Shown here in pieces: positions 28,401 to 37,953 of a stretch of 64,000 nt of DNA. Below the pieces are notes generated by a model that worked only from the letters and a program-made list of their open reading frames with translations, searched no databases and had not been told where the DNA came from. Every line of letters starts with the position of its first letter. Positions within the stretch are counted from its first letter, which is position 1. The stretch is from a virus (taxonomy: Duplodnaviria; Caudoviricetes), in the IMG/VR virus record IMGVR_UViG_3300020577_005688, positions 64,001 to 128,000 of that record. One strand, given 5' to 3'. A program made the translations under genes and the position numbers.

Positions 28401-30031
28401 CGAATGTTTGGAATGACATTCGTGATTGCCCCAGCACTCAAATCAACGACCGCGATTTGGTGTCCCTTGTTGGTTGTTGCAACCGAGTCGAGGACGTTCG
28501 CGAATGCGGACACCGATGTTGAGATGGCGTAGTTCGCCGTGGCCTCATCCCAGTAGAGATAGTTACGAGCATTGTTGGTAAATGCTCCTGGGGTGAACGT
28601 TCGAGCTGGGAGAGTGAAAACCTTGCCGTTCCAACGGATCTTGCCTTCCGTAACAGCCACATCAGCACCGGAAGGAGAGGCAAGGAGACCACTGATGGTC
28701 CAGTTCTCTACGAGGTCTTCATCTGAGACAAGTCCCGAAGTGAGAGTCGAAACAGAAGAAGCAAAGTCCGCAGGCTGTAGGTCGCGGAGAGACTTTGGAA
28801 CTGCACAAACAGCAGTGTAGGTTCCATTGACCGGCAGTGGAGGATTTACGACCAGCTGGACCTGCGAACTAAACAGACCGCTGTAGACAGTAATGTTACC
28901 CCACGACTCGACAGGGGACTTTGTGCTGTTGAGCTCGACCAGCGGCTGTACCTCAGTCGTTGGAGTCGCTCCAACAGCCGTAACTTGCGCCGCCGTCATT
29001 GGACGGAGAACGAGTGTGGTGTTGCTGATGACTTGCTCAACAATCCACTTGTCACCGTTGTTAGAAGTCGGAGAAGTGTTCGTCGCACCAGTGATCTCTG
29101 CAAAGTCTCCTGGAACAACATCAGAGAAGTTGGCAGCAGAGCATTGAACAACTCGTCCGTTCTCAATACTGGTGATGACCGCAGATGTAACCTTATCGAT
29201 GGTCGTGTTCAGAACAGAGCCAGAAGAACCTCCACCAGACCAAGCCGTAGCCGCTGCAAAAGGAGGAAGACCTGCTGGAGAGCCACGAACAACACCAACA
29301 ACTCGGCTCTGCGCGAGCTGACCGGAGGAATCGATAATCTGAAAGAACCGTGCGAGTTCTTCTTTTGTCGGGTTCGCTCCAGAGAAGAAAGCTGGACCTC
29401 CAATGAACACTCTCTGAGAAGCGGTCAGCGTCAGGAGTCTTCTATCTGATGTCGTAAAGGAGACCGGCTTCAGAACAACGAAGTCCTTCATGTCATCCGC
29501 AAACAAGACGTCCGTGTTTGCTGAGACTCTTGCGAGAGCTCTATTGAGCGTTTCTGTGTTCAGGTTCTCAGAAGGATTTGGGAATGCAACCCCAAAAGGG
29601 TTACCAAGACGAGCTTCTGGAGAAGACGGAATGTCTCCACCTGTCGCACGAAGCGCCCCAAGAGTGACATTGAATCCGAGAGCAGTGGAGGCAGTACCAC
29701 CTGTCACTTCGACAGAGGATAGAGTGCCGCTCGTTGTGGAACGAATCGCGATGACTCCATCTGCATCGAAGGCAGAACCCGCGCTACCGATGGCAGTATT
29801 GATGTCACTGATGACCGTATTGATTCCATTCCCTGTCAGAGTGACAACGAATGGAGAACCATCAATCGTGACGTTGAGTGTCTGAGCAGCTGCTGCAGCC
29901 GAGAAGTACGGAACAGCGCTCACACCATCGGCGTTTGCCCGACGAACAGAACCACGAAGAACCGCGTTGGTGGTCTTTGAGATGTTCTTTCCAGCAATCT
30001 GCGGCCTACGGAAATAGTCCATTGATGGCAT
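25496..30031 (-). CDS. Tail fibre/tailspike with right-handed beta-helix
   Basis: 1511 aa; C-terminal half has many I.GN.I / I.NN.I parallel beta-helix repeats. Confidence 0.75.
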   Translation of the reverse strand: MPSMDYFRRPQIAGKNISKTTNAVLRGSVRRANADGVSAVPYFSAAAAAQTLNVTIDGSPFVVTLTGNGINTVISDINTAIGSAGSAFDADGVIAIRSTTSGTLSSVEVTGGTASTALGFNVTLGALRATGGDIPSSPEARLGNPFGVAFPNPSENLNTETLNRALARVSANTDVLFADDMKDFVVLKPVSFTTSDRRLLTLTASQRVFIGGPAFFSGANPTKEELARFFQIIDSSGQLAQSRVVGVVRGSPAGLPPFAAATAWSGGGSSGSVLNTTIDKVTSAVITSIENGRVVQCSAANFSDVVPGDFAEITGATNTSPTSNNGDKWIVEQVISNTTLVLRPMTAAQVTAVGATPTTEVQPLVELNSTKSPVESWGNITVYSGLFSSQVQLVVNPPLPVNGTYTAVCAVPKSLRDLQPADFASSVSTLTSGLVSDEDLVENWTISGLLASPSGADVAVTEGKIRWNGKVFTLPARTFTPGAFTNNARNYLYWDEATANYAISTSVSAFANVLDSVATTNKGHQIAVVDLSAGAITNVIPNIRMRAEKAIPLTVGEGGQFANLPAVASFISNISANYAGETTTLSGSFPHFEVILVSNTWAGSTPVARFTTVGLTIRGINEKVSIDLGTLITGLEFNVKFLEIRDLRLGAPIGLSSFINSSGLGNTVDRIKLKNLIQTTGSFETVVAHDVFEAPVSELIVEDCSFITRGLSSCTGGAGTGIPTVRVENSTFSYAGAGAAAPRFVYSALGPNNWNGSTFYMSNCRFLSSWGGSTAWTGGHSFLIASNVSSHIVIRDVTWANGSTPSTNVCYLVNAPSARTLVSNFTMTSGTIPVALSLGVLSVVENSTFTTTTPLNNYAVTANVVRGCTLSQQDIAAAGFSGSGIRPIGDSGRIEGNSLSGGYYVGIRNALSTSFLVISNNRIQIAALTNSTANTSGGFFAAIQTGDGATFVEVLSNAISISGGVFGTYHGITPDLGGTTDQLTIIGNQIFMGNPDLANTSGFGIRLGSASTVTCSENLVVTDGGTDASNQDMTGIYLSGCNGAVVNSNTVDLRSIFGTKSWKGIQFGDNSNCTISNNRISSFGKPVHNGGGVSSSTGMAWLGNEFVSTTAVGAASLIDRIWGRVEGNRFYWNGTGGAQTLSANYGPGIVRGNHSEGATFSYLVTEYTVPSLVDSNFSSGVFNVSSSSGSDVNFTFSNNQVGGNSTFTTVRGDIQFVGNNIGGNLSIDGIHDRRLVMDGSKVNGTTLLGSSGVAGNYLNISGCSFEGQFTISNAGEVNLSGCSLSSSSGTSITSNNAQVSSCRISNRLTFVFLQRAVVDGNVIDGGIDFTGDTSSLRFSIQGNRIRTARDIPGIQFFNYGSNTGNSFHICNNAILVGDLTVSGVATMANGIVFLGSMNGANIVGNRIEIKDLASAPAIGGTFRYACVRGASGNHDYFTISSNHCIIPNNKSFIGPPVEDIFYHYWRFESSLEIAGSGNTLRRSSGAWEANSSPYEGSSFKIASTTAPYSVP

Positions 30032-30041
30032 TTGGATTCCC

Positions 30042-30740
30042 TTAGAAACGGATTTCCCAGTTCACTTCAAACTCAAGAGAGTCCGTCTTACCGATGGGTT
30101 CGAGAGTCTTGTATGCGTTCGGAGATTGCGAACCAGCCGTTGCAATTCCCGTCTGGCGGGTTCCAGGATTGAAGGCAGGAACTGCTGTTGGAGATCCATT
30201 TGTAAACAGACCCATCTCCGTAATGTTCACCTGCGTGCCTGGAGAGAGCGTGATTTCGTTCTCTGCAAACGTTCTGGAGTATCGAACAGTGGTTCGTGAG
30301 GGAGTCAGTGGGAACGTCGGTGGAACGTTCAGAGGTGCCAAGAACTGGCCGGTCTGGTACTCAATAGGAGTGACCAATCGAAGAACACCGACATCCTCGG
30401 TGGTGGCTCCTGTTCCGACACCAATGTAGGCCATTCGGTCGTTTCGAAAAGCGGTTGTAGGACCGGTCTCAATGCTCATCAACAGAGCAAGAAACTCTCG
30501 ACCTGTATTGGTCCAGATGTTGAAGCCCTCTCGAACACTTCCAGGAACCACCTTTCCACGCTCTCGACAGAACGCGTGGATCCATCCCTTAATCTCAACA
30601 ACACTCTTCTCGTTGTCCTGAGGACTGACCCAAGAGCTCCCTGCGATGGTTCTTCCCATTTTGTCGACCAACCTCAGAAAACCCTGGTCAGCGATTCGAA
30701 CGATATCTTTGAACATCAGCGTCTCCGGGAGATGCGCCAT
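30042..30740 (-). CDS. Tail-fibre attachment/collar-type protein (DUF3751-like)
   Basis: TNTGREFLA, YIGVGTG, ITEMGLF pattern. Confidence 0.55.
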   Translation of the reverse strand: MAHLPETLMFKDIVRIADQGFLRLVDKMGRTIAGSSWVSPQDNEKSVVEIKGWIHAFCRERGKVVPGSVREGFNIWTNTGREFLALLMSIETGPTTAFRNDRMAYIGVGTGATTEDVGVLRLVTPIEYQTGQFLAPLNVPPTFPLTPSRTTVRYSRTFAENEITLSPGTQVNITEMGLFTNGSPTAVPAFNPGTRQTGIATAGSQSPNAYKTLEPIGKTDSLEFEVNWEIRF

Positions 30741-33700
30741 GAGACGCTCTCAGACGTCCCAAGTGAAACAACGAGTCGAACATCCGAACCGCCAGGAAGA
30801 GAGGCGATTGGGTATACCCCAGCCCCGTAGCCTACATCTACAGTGCCGTTTGTACCACCAAGAATCAACAAGTCACCAGGAAGAACTCCCAAAGTGGTTG
30901 GAGAGACTGCGGAGGGACCTGAAGCAGGAGCAACAAGCCTCTGCATTGAAAGAGAAACCAGGTTTGATCCACTCGTGCAGGTTGCAAGAGCCTGGGTCTC
31001 TCTCAACTGAGAGTCTGAGAAGTCAGAAGGATTTGTCCTTCCAAGAACATCCCAAGTCAGTCCTGATGGGTTCTTCTTCAAGAGCTTGACGGCATAGGAC
31101 CCCGCCGCGAGAGCTGGCTGTGTGTACCCATGAATCGGAGAAATGAGTGTCACACGGGTGAGAGCCGTATTTTGAACTTGGAGTTCATCCCCAATCTCAC
31201 CGATTGCTTTGATGAGAGGATCCACCGCAGTCAACGTATTCGAACCTGATGAAGTGACAGACAAGGTTCCTGATACTGGGAACGGCCTCTCAATCAAAGA
31301 GGCTCTATAGACCGACCAAGCAACAGTCGAAGTAGCTGTTGGAGTCGGTGATACCCGAACACGGTCCCACGTTGAGATGTTCTGGATGACTTCGAGAATA
31401 GAGTACCGGTCTCCCGTCACTGTGTTGATGAGGAAGTCTCCAACCGCGACCCCATTCGACCGAAGGCCACCTTGAAGGACGACAATCGGATTCCCGGATA
31501 CAAATGCTCCAGAGACTCCGCTATGGATGAGGGAGGTCATCTTCCGCTTGATGAAGAACCTTGCATTCGAGGAAGTCTCGAATCCAAAAGCAGGAGCATC
31601 TGAGAGTGTGATGGTCGTATCTGTTGCGGATGCAACAGTGTACGTCCCTGAATTGATGCCATTTGGAATGGTCACCAAGTCGCCAGCTCTGGTGAGAGGA
31701 CCCTCAAAGTCCTCACCAGTTCGAGGATTGAGAACTCCACCGTTTGGAATCGTCAGAACTCCGGAACCGTCTGTAGTTGAGAGCGTGGACCCAGACCTTC
31801 GAATCCAGAACACTCCCTCATCCCAGACAATCTGTGGAACGGCAGAAGGACTCCTTGAGCTGTAGTTCATTGAAGGAGGCATCGCCAGAGACACATTGTC
31901 AACGAAGTCTCCGCTCCCTACTCCAATCCGGAAGAACGTGGAGTCACGAATCACTACCTCATCAGCAAAGTCAGAGACGGAGGAGATGAAGAAGGCAACG
32001 TAGCTCGGAGTAATCTTCTTCAAGAATCCAGATACCAGACCAATCTCATCCAACGTGAACAGATTGTCATTCACGCGAACCCGAATAGAATGGAACTGCT
32101 GCAGCAATCTCGTCAAAGAGAAGTTTGTCGAGGGCAGTGGGTTCGAGACGTAATCTGATACTTCGACTCCCCTACTGAGAGCTGCAAACCTCTCGACAAT
32201 GTCTCCTACCTTGTACTCAAGGCCCGTAGATGGATTGATATCCAGCCCGGCCAAATCTGAAGCTGGGTCAATTGGATATGTGTAGACTCTCAGAGTACCG
32301 AGCGCTTCTCCGACATTCGAAACGTCTTCAATGAGGAGTCTTCCGAGGATGGGGCTTCCATCGATTCCAAGACGGTAGTCTGTCTCGATTGAACGGATGA
32401 TTCCTCGATGCTCTGAGAACGGAAGGCCAAGAAGGATTTGAGCCCCAAGACGGACCTTCTCCAACGCAGAACCCTTCAAGAACGCGTACATCAAACCCGA
32501 AACTGCTTGTCGGTAATTGATGTTCTCTGAAACTGCTTCGATGTCTTCTCTGGTCAATCCAACCAAGATACCGAAGTTGTTCTCGATGTTCTCGTTGTTA
32601 TCGAAGAAAGTCACCTCTGCCCAGAAACGACTTGGGGCAGGTTCCTTTGCAGTAAAGGTTCCTGGAGTGAATCGAATGAAGTTTCCAGACCTCTTCCTCT
32701 TGATTCGAACCTTGGCAGTCACGAACCCAGTAGGAGGGTAAGTAGGGATAGCTCGGGTTAGCTTGAGTCTGGTTGGGCTTAGAACGGCTTGGACGTAGTA
32801 CGTCCTTGCAAGCGTGATGGGCTCTACAATGACAATCTCATCACCAGGACGGATCCCACGGTCAATGAAGTCACCATCATCGACTTCGAACACATCGGAC
32901 CCAGTCTGGAAGGTCATCTGGCCTTTGAAGGCGAACTGACCATCAACGATGTAGTCGATGTTTTCTCGAAGCGTAATGGGAGGAGCCGGGACCTCGTATT
33001 CCTTTCCGTTCTTCTGCTGGAAGAACTTCCCATCACGCTCTTGAACACGAGCTGGGACGATGAAGTTCTGAAGAACAGGAATGCTGCGAACAGTCTCATC
33101 AATTGGAATCAGACTGTTTCGTACAATGATGCGTGGCTTGATTCTGAAAGTCGGGTTTACCTGAATGTCAGAGTCAGGGGTGAGTCGCTGATTCCAGTAC
33201 TTCCTCTTGAACAGACCAGAATTGATGGTGTCGATGTAGGTAGCGGCATCTCCAGAAAAGGAGACGGTGCCATCGGCATTCAATTTGACGCCATCGATGC
33301 CAAGGTCATTCGCCAGCTTCGTGAAGAAAGAACTTGGAATGGATGGAACTGTTCCGGGAACGACTGTTTCGTTTGAGAAGACGAAACCGAGACGCCCTCT
33401 ATCCACTCCAATGACCTGACAAGGCAAGGAGCAGACCTTCTCCCCATCCATGACGACATCGAAAACAATCAAGTCACCGGGAGACACTCCCTCAGCTTCA
33501 AAGTCTTGAGTCGTAGAAATCAGAGTTGGAGGAGTTCTCCAAGACTGATTGGTAAGTCCGGACTGAAGAAGTGGCCTGTCGACTGTGATGATGACAGTTG
33601 GGACCCTTTGCCGAGAGTCGACAGAGGAGCGAAGGATTGTGTAACACTGGCCACCAATCAAAACGACTCTGCCTGGAGCGACTACACTGACATCTGAGGC

Positions 33701-34951
33701 AGAGTTGAGAGGAATCCCAATTGTGTCGGTCAGGAGCGCATCAGGCTGGTCGATTGAGAAACGAACTGGACGATAGACGTCTGCAGTGTACGTCGCACTC
33801 GTCGTCGCATTCGAGAAGCTTGGGGCGGCCTTCTCAACCGTGACAAACGACCCCGTCTTACTGAGGATTCGATAGAATCCTTTGTTGGGTCCCGCCTTGT
33901 AGTGGATGACGTCACCAGCTTGAACGTTCAGAATTCCAGCTGAGCCGTTACCCATGAAGAGAGGGAGAAGGTAGTCGAGAGGGGAGCCGTACTCAGACAT
34001 GAGCTGAGCGTAGGGCTTTCCTCTTGCTCCATTCACACTCCACAACGTTGCGCCGGTTTCAAAGAGGAAGGCAACGTTTGTATCGACGCGGTCTGCAATC
34101 GGGCTCGATACACCGTCATTCCTTGCAATCTGGTACCCGTTCTTGTTCGTGTTCAACCCAGACAACGAGTAGGAGCGGTTGTTTGCTGGGTCGGAGCTCG
34201 ACAAGAGTCTCAGCGTGTTGCCACCGACGTTCTGAAGAATCGACCCTTCTACTAGCACCAGATCATTCGAACCGAGAATGATGACGGAGCCGTTCAGTCC
34301 CAGGTTCAGGGTCGTTGCATCTGTTCCAGCGTAGTGAGACCCAAAGTAGAAATCGGGACCATTGACCAAGATCTCTCGTTCGGGCTCATACGAGAGCCAC
34401 CTTCTCTGAAAGAAATCTTGAATGTCTCTGATGCTCTTGTTGAAGTCTACTTGGTACAACTTCAAAAGCTCTGCACCTGCGATTTGAATGAGTGCAGACC
34501 AGAGACTCTCGAAGAGTTCCTTGCCCTCTACTCCCTGCCACACATCTCTGATGTAGCTCCAAATCCACTTCCCATCTGGAACAATACCACGAGCATGTGG
34601 AACGAGAATCGAACGAATGCTTGAGACCGCCTGAGACTTGTCAGACGTGAACACCCCATTTGAAACTGTAAGACCAATCACATACTCGCCGACTACGTCA
34701 GGCGAGAATGAGACAACAGAACCATCTGGGTCGACGACCTTGAATCCCTCTCCAATGACTTTCGAGCCAATGGGGACAGAATCAAAGGACCATGTGTAGG
34801 TCAGGAGAGAGCTATCCGGATCCGTGCTCTTACGACCATCAATCTTGACGACAGAGCCAATGACACCGACTTCCGGGTCACAGACAGCGACCGCCTTTGG
34901 GAGACGAATCTCAGGAACTACTGAGGAGGTCTGAAGAGAGGTCAGGCTCAT
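30716..34951 (-). CDS. Large baseplate wedge-type protein with N-terminal PKD-like domain
   Basis: IDGRKSTDPD..LTYTW...GEYVIGLTVSNG; internal GD-repeat beta modules; tail context. Confidence 0.6.
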   Translation of the reverse strand: MSLTSLQTSSVVPEIRLPKAVAVCDPEVGVIGSVVKIDGRKSTDPDSSLLTYTWSFDSVPIGSKVIGEGFKVVDPDGSVVSFSPDVVGEYVIGLTVSNGVFTSDKSQAVSSIRSILVPHARGIVPDGKWIWSYIRDVWQGVEGKELFESLWSALIQIAGAELLKLYQVDFNKSIRDIQDFFQRRWLSYEPEREILVNGPDFYFGSHYAGTDATTLNLGLNGSVIILGSNDLVLVEGSILQNVGGNTLRLLSSSDPANNRSYSLSGLNTNKNGYQIARNDGVSSPIADRVDTNVAFLFETGATLWSVNGARGKPYAQLMSEYGSPLDYLLPLFMGNGSAGILNVQAGDVIHYKAGPNKGFYRILSKTGSFVTVEKAAPSFSNATTSATYTADVYRPVRFSIDQPDALLTDTIGIPLNSASDVSVVAPGRVVLIGGQCYTILRSSVDSRQRVPTVIITVDRPLLQSGLTNQSWRTPPTLISTTQDFEAEGVSPGDLIVFDVVMDGEKVCSLPCQVIGVDRGRLGFVFSNETVVPGTVPSIPSSFFTKLANDLGIDGVKLNADGTVSFSGDAATYIDTINSGLFKRKYWNQRLTPDSDIQVNPTFRIKPRIIVRNSLIPIDETVRSIPVLQNFIVPARVQERDGKFFQQKNGKEYEVPAPPITLRENIDYIVDGQFAFKGQMTFQTGSDVFEVDDGDFIDRGIRPGDEIVIVEPITLARTYYVQAVLSPTRLKLTRAIPTYPPTGFVTAKVRIKRKRSGNFIRFTPGTFTAKEPAPSRFWAEVTFFDNNENIENNFGILVGLTREDIEAVSENINYRQAVSGLMYAFLKGSALEKVRLGAQILLGLPFSEHRGIIRSIETDYRLGIDGSPILGRLLIEDVSNVGEALGTLRVYTYPIDPASDLAGLDINPSTGLEYKVGDIVERFAALSRGVEVSDYVSNPLPSTNFSLTRLLQQFHSIRVRVNDNLFTLDEIGLVSGFLKKITPSYVAFFISSVSDFADEVVIRDSTFFRIGVGSGDFVDNVSLAMPPSMNYSSRSPSAVPQIVWDEGVFWIRRSGSTLSTTDGSGVLTIPNGGVLNPRTGEDFEGPLTRAGDLVTIPNGINSGTYTVASATDTTITLSDAPAFGFETSSNARFFIKRKMTSLIHSGVSGAFVSGNPIVVLQGGLRSNGVAVGDFLINTVTGDRYSILEVIQNISTWDRVRVSPTPTATSTVAWSVYRASLIERPFPVSGTLSVTSSGSNTLTAVDPLIKAIGEIGDELQVQNTALTRVTLISPIHGYTQPALAAGSYAVKLLKKNPSGLTWDVLGRTNPSDFSDSQLRETQALATCTSGSNLVSLSMQRLVAPASGPSAVSPTTLGVLPGDLLILGGTNGTVDVGYGAGVYPIASLPGGSDVRLVVSLGTSESVSWRISRRR

Positions 34952-37650
34952 GGCGACTCGTTGAACTCAGAGAGAATGAACGCCTTTCCACCAAAGGCGT
35001 AACTAGGTACACCAGAGCTGAATTTCTGCCCAACTGCCACCTCATATCCGTTCGAGTGGCCCCATCGGAAGAACTTCCACTTTGTAGTACTTGAGCTCGG
35101 CAAAGTGAAGTGGTTGAAGTGACCGAAGGCAACCCCAGGCGTAGTTACGTCAAGGGGGAGGTCAAAGCCATCGGTTGCGTTTCTCCAAGGAATCGTAATC
35201 AGCGGCTCTGCCATGAACGACCCAGCCCACACACGAATGCTCTGGAAAGCTTGAACCACTACTCGGTATTGATTCAAGACAGTCCAATCGACCTCACTTG
35301 AGAACTTAATGCCGAGTGGAGTCTGGTTGAGGATGTCAGATTCGGAACCAGAGCCAGGCACCACTCCGATCTTCCTTCCACCAATTCCACAATCGAAGAA
35401 GGCCAAACGAAGTCTCTTGTTCCCAAGGAAGATACAAATTCCGGCGTCTACTGAAGTCGAGGGCGCGTTCACTCTTCCAAGGTCGTCGGTGTAGCCAACG
35501 ACTTGCATCTTGAAGTCGATCTGAGCACTTCCAACATCTGTGAGAGATTGGTCCTTCTTATAGAATGCCTTGAAGGAGCTGTTGGAGAATTCACCCTTTG
35601 TAAGAGTGAACTCAGTTGGAGAGGCGGTCTCAATGTTGAGACCTGTTGTGTTGTACGTAAATCGAATCGAAGAAGGAAGCGCCACACTGTCTGGCTTGAG
35701 TGAGTCTTCAGAGTGCCAAGAAAGGAATCGACTCAGGTAGGTCAATGATGAAAGATTGAACTTCGATTCGTATGCGAGAGAAGAAGGATGCCCAAACTCG
35801 ACTCTTCCTGTCGTGGAGCCCGAAAGAGGAAATGATGTCTGGCTTCCGAAGGAGTTTTGAATAGTCAGTGCCAGTTTCCCTGTTCCGATGGCTGTTGAAG
35901 CGAGCACTCCGATTCCAAGGAGGGAGCCTGTCCCAATGGTACGAATGGAGAAGAAAGAGCCTCTATCGACTGCTTCGATTTGCGATGGCCCCGACCCCGT
36001 CCAAACCGCATTCCCATTGAGTGCCGAAACGATTCCGGCGATGTCAGTCGGAGTTGAAGAGAAAGTATGAGAACGCGGGATCCAGGTAGTCCCACCATCT
36101 GTGGACACTTGGGTGTTCAGAGTGGTCCCTGTGAACGAGGTCAAAGGGAATGCTTGGGTAGTAGAGGAGATTTGTGCAGGAGCAGAAGTTGGTGCGGATA
36201 CCACTTCAACGTCATCAATCTCCATCGACACCTTACCGCGTCTTCTATCAAGGAGCACGCGAAGCAGTTTTGGGCTTCGGAAATCATTCTCAAGAGCAGG
36301 AGTGAGGTACCCGGCCGTTGATGTAGCAAGTGCTGTGGAAGTCAGAAGACCCCAATTCCGCTCAGTGACCGTCTCAAGAGGAGCCACTTGGTAGAGGTTC
36401 AGTCCGTCATTGAAACCAAATCCACCACCAACCAAGTCTCCAATTCGAGAAATGCTCTCAGCAGAAACGAAAGCCTCCATCATGACCCCATCGGCACGCT
36501 CTTCAAGACGCGGCTCAGTTCTCTTGAACGTCATGTCGCCACCCGTGCTCTTTGAGAGCGAGAGGTGCTGAGGCTTGAGGAATGTCCCTGGTTGGTAGAA
36601 GAAACTGGAAGCCATTGGAAGACTTCCGGCCTCGAACCATCTTCCGACCTTCACATCTGTCGGCGATACAGAGTCCTTCGCACGGAACTGCAAAGGGAGG
36701 TCTGGAAGTGTCAGGACTTCTGAATCAGAGGTAGCGAGGCCATTTCTGATAGACGAACGAAAGTCTGGGAACAGGCCCCAGTCATCCAATTGAAGAATGT
36801 CTCCAGAGCGACCGATGTTTCCAAAGAACAGGGAAGCGGTCTCAGAAGTTCCCTCCCTTCCATTCGTAAACAACATAGATGGAAACTGACCGAGAGCTCC
36901 GACAAGAATAGAACCCTGGAACACCGGGAGCGTACTGGAGGCGATTCGAGTCCAGAGCTCGGCTCGGAAAGGATTTACGAATGTGTTGAAGCGGATGAAG
37001 AGCTCAAGAACAGAGTCGTTCGCAAGACCCATCCATCCTTGAGAACCTCCAGTAACGGGGTCGAGGTCCTGAGCGATCTCCGTCTGACCAGGTCTTGCTG
37101 TACTGTACGACTGAAGAGGGCCTCCAAATACAATCGAGCCACCGGATCCATTGTCACGCAGAAATGCGTAAGCAGCCGTATTGAAAGTCCCATGCTCAAG
37201 ACCGAAATACATCCCAACCATGTTGGTCAGAGAGCACCAATCTGGATTGTAGGTTGTCCAAGCCGACTTCTTTCGAAACTTGAAGTAGCCAAGAATCGAG
37301 GCACCTTGCTGAATCGGAAACTTCAGCCGGTAGATACCCTCCTCAAAGAGAGAGTTGGTCGTCTTCGTGAGAACGACGCTCCCAGACGAGAGAGACTTCG
37401 TCACTGACCCAGAGACAGGAGCACGGTTCTCTGACGTCGAGAAAGATGTCTCAACACCAATACGCTCTGAAGTGGTATCGTTCTCGGGGAGCACTCCGTG
37501 GTTCTGAATGTTGGAGAACCCAGAATCAACTTGTACGGAAGCCAGTTGAACGTTTTGAGTTTCGGACTTAAGTCCGAGATGAAACAACTGTCCAGGACGG
37601 ACAGGCGAGGAAACATCACCAGGAACTGTGTTCACGAGTCTCAGAGCCAC
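34948..37650 (-). CDS. Virion structural protein, beta-rich (lectin-like domains possible)
   Basis: 900 aa, Ser/Thr/Gly-rich; GAGGA SD before the GTG start. Confidence 0.55.
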   Translation of the reverse strand: MALRLVNTVPGDVSSPVRPGQLFHLGLKSETQNVQLASVQVDSGFSNIQNHGVLPENDTTSERIGVETSFSTSENRAPVSGSVTKSLSSGSVVLTKTTNSLFEEGIYRLKFPIQQGASILGYFKFRKKSAWTTYNPDWCSLTNMVGMYFGLEHGTFNTAAYAFLRDNGSGGSIVFGGPLQSYSTARPGQTEIAQDLDPVTGGSQGWMGLANDSVLELFIRFNTFVNPFRAELWTRIASSTLPVFQGSILVGALGQFPSMLFTNGREGTSETASLFFGNIGRSGDILQLDDWGLFPDFRSSIRNGLATSDSEVLTLPDLPLQFRAKDSVSPTDVKVGRWFEAGSLPMASSFFYQPGTFLKPQHLSLSKSTGGDMTFKRTEPRLEERADGVMMEAFVSAESISRIGDLVGGGFGFNDGLNLYQVAPLETVTERNWGLLTSTALATSTAGYLTPALENDFRSPKLLRVLLDRRRGKVSMEIDDVEVVSAPTSAPAQISSTTQAFPLTSFTGTTLNTQVSTDGGTTWIPRSHTFSSTPTDIAGIVSALNGNAVWTGSGPSQIEAVDRGSFFSIRTIGTGSLLGIGVLASTAIGTGKLALTIQNSFGSQTSFPLSGSTTGRVEFGHPSSLAYESKFNLSSLTYLSRFLSWHSEDSLKPDSVALPSSIRFTYNTTGLNIETASPTEFTLTKGEFSNSSFKAFYKKDQSLTDVGSAQIDFKMQVVGYTDDLGRVNAPSTSVDAGICIFLGNKRLRLAFFDCGIGGRKIGVVPGSGSESDILNQTPLGIKFSSEVDWTVLNQYRVVVQAFQSIRVWAGSFMAEPLITIPWRNATDGFDLPLDVTTPGVAFGHFNHFTLPSSSTTKWKFFRWGHSNGYEVAVGQKFSSGVPSYAFGGKAFILSEFNESP

Positions 37651-37671
37651 GGAATTCCTCAGGAGAGAGCA

Positions 37672-37953
37672 ATGGGTGTTTTCAAGGAAATGAAATCAGA
37701 AGATGTTTGGAAGGCAGTTGAGGGTCATGAGGACGTTATCACTCCTGAGCTCAAAAAGGAGGAGGCCTTCTTTAGGAATCAGGTATGCCCTCTATGTCGA
37801 AGCTCCAATCATCAGTCTTTCGTAAATCCGTCGACACCATTTGCCCCTGGTGCTGTGCTGCCGAGCAAGTTCTTGAGATGTCTTGCTTGCTCGGCAGAGT
37901 TCGACCCTTACAGTCGAATGATTACAAAAGCACCTACTGACGAACGAGGTTGA
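37672..37953 (+). CDS. Zn-ribbon protein, lone plus-strand gene inside the tail module
   Basis: AGGAG SD, ATG 37672; CPLC...CLAC; exactly fills the gap between two minus-strand genes. Confidence 0.65.
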   Translation: MGVFKEMKSEDVWKAVEGHEDVITPELKKEEAFFRNQVCPLCRSSNHQSFVNPSTPFAPGAVLPSKFLRCLACSAEFDPYSRMITKAPTDERG

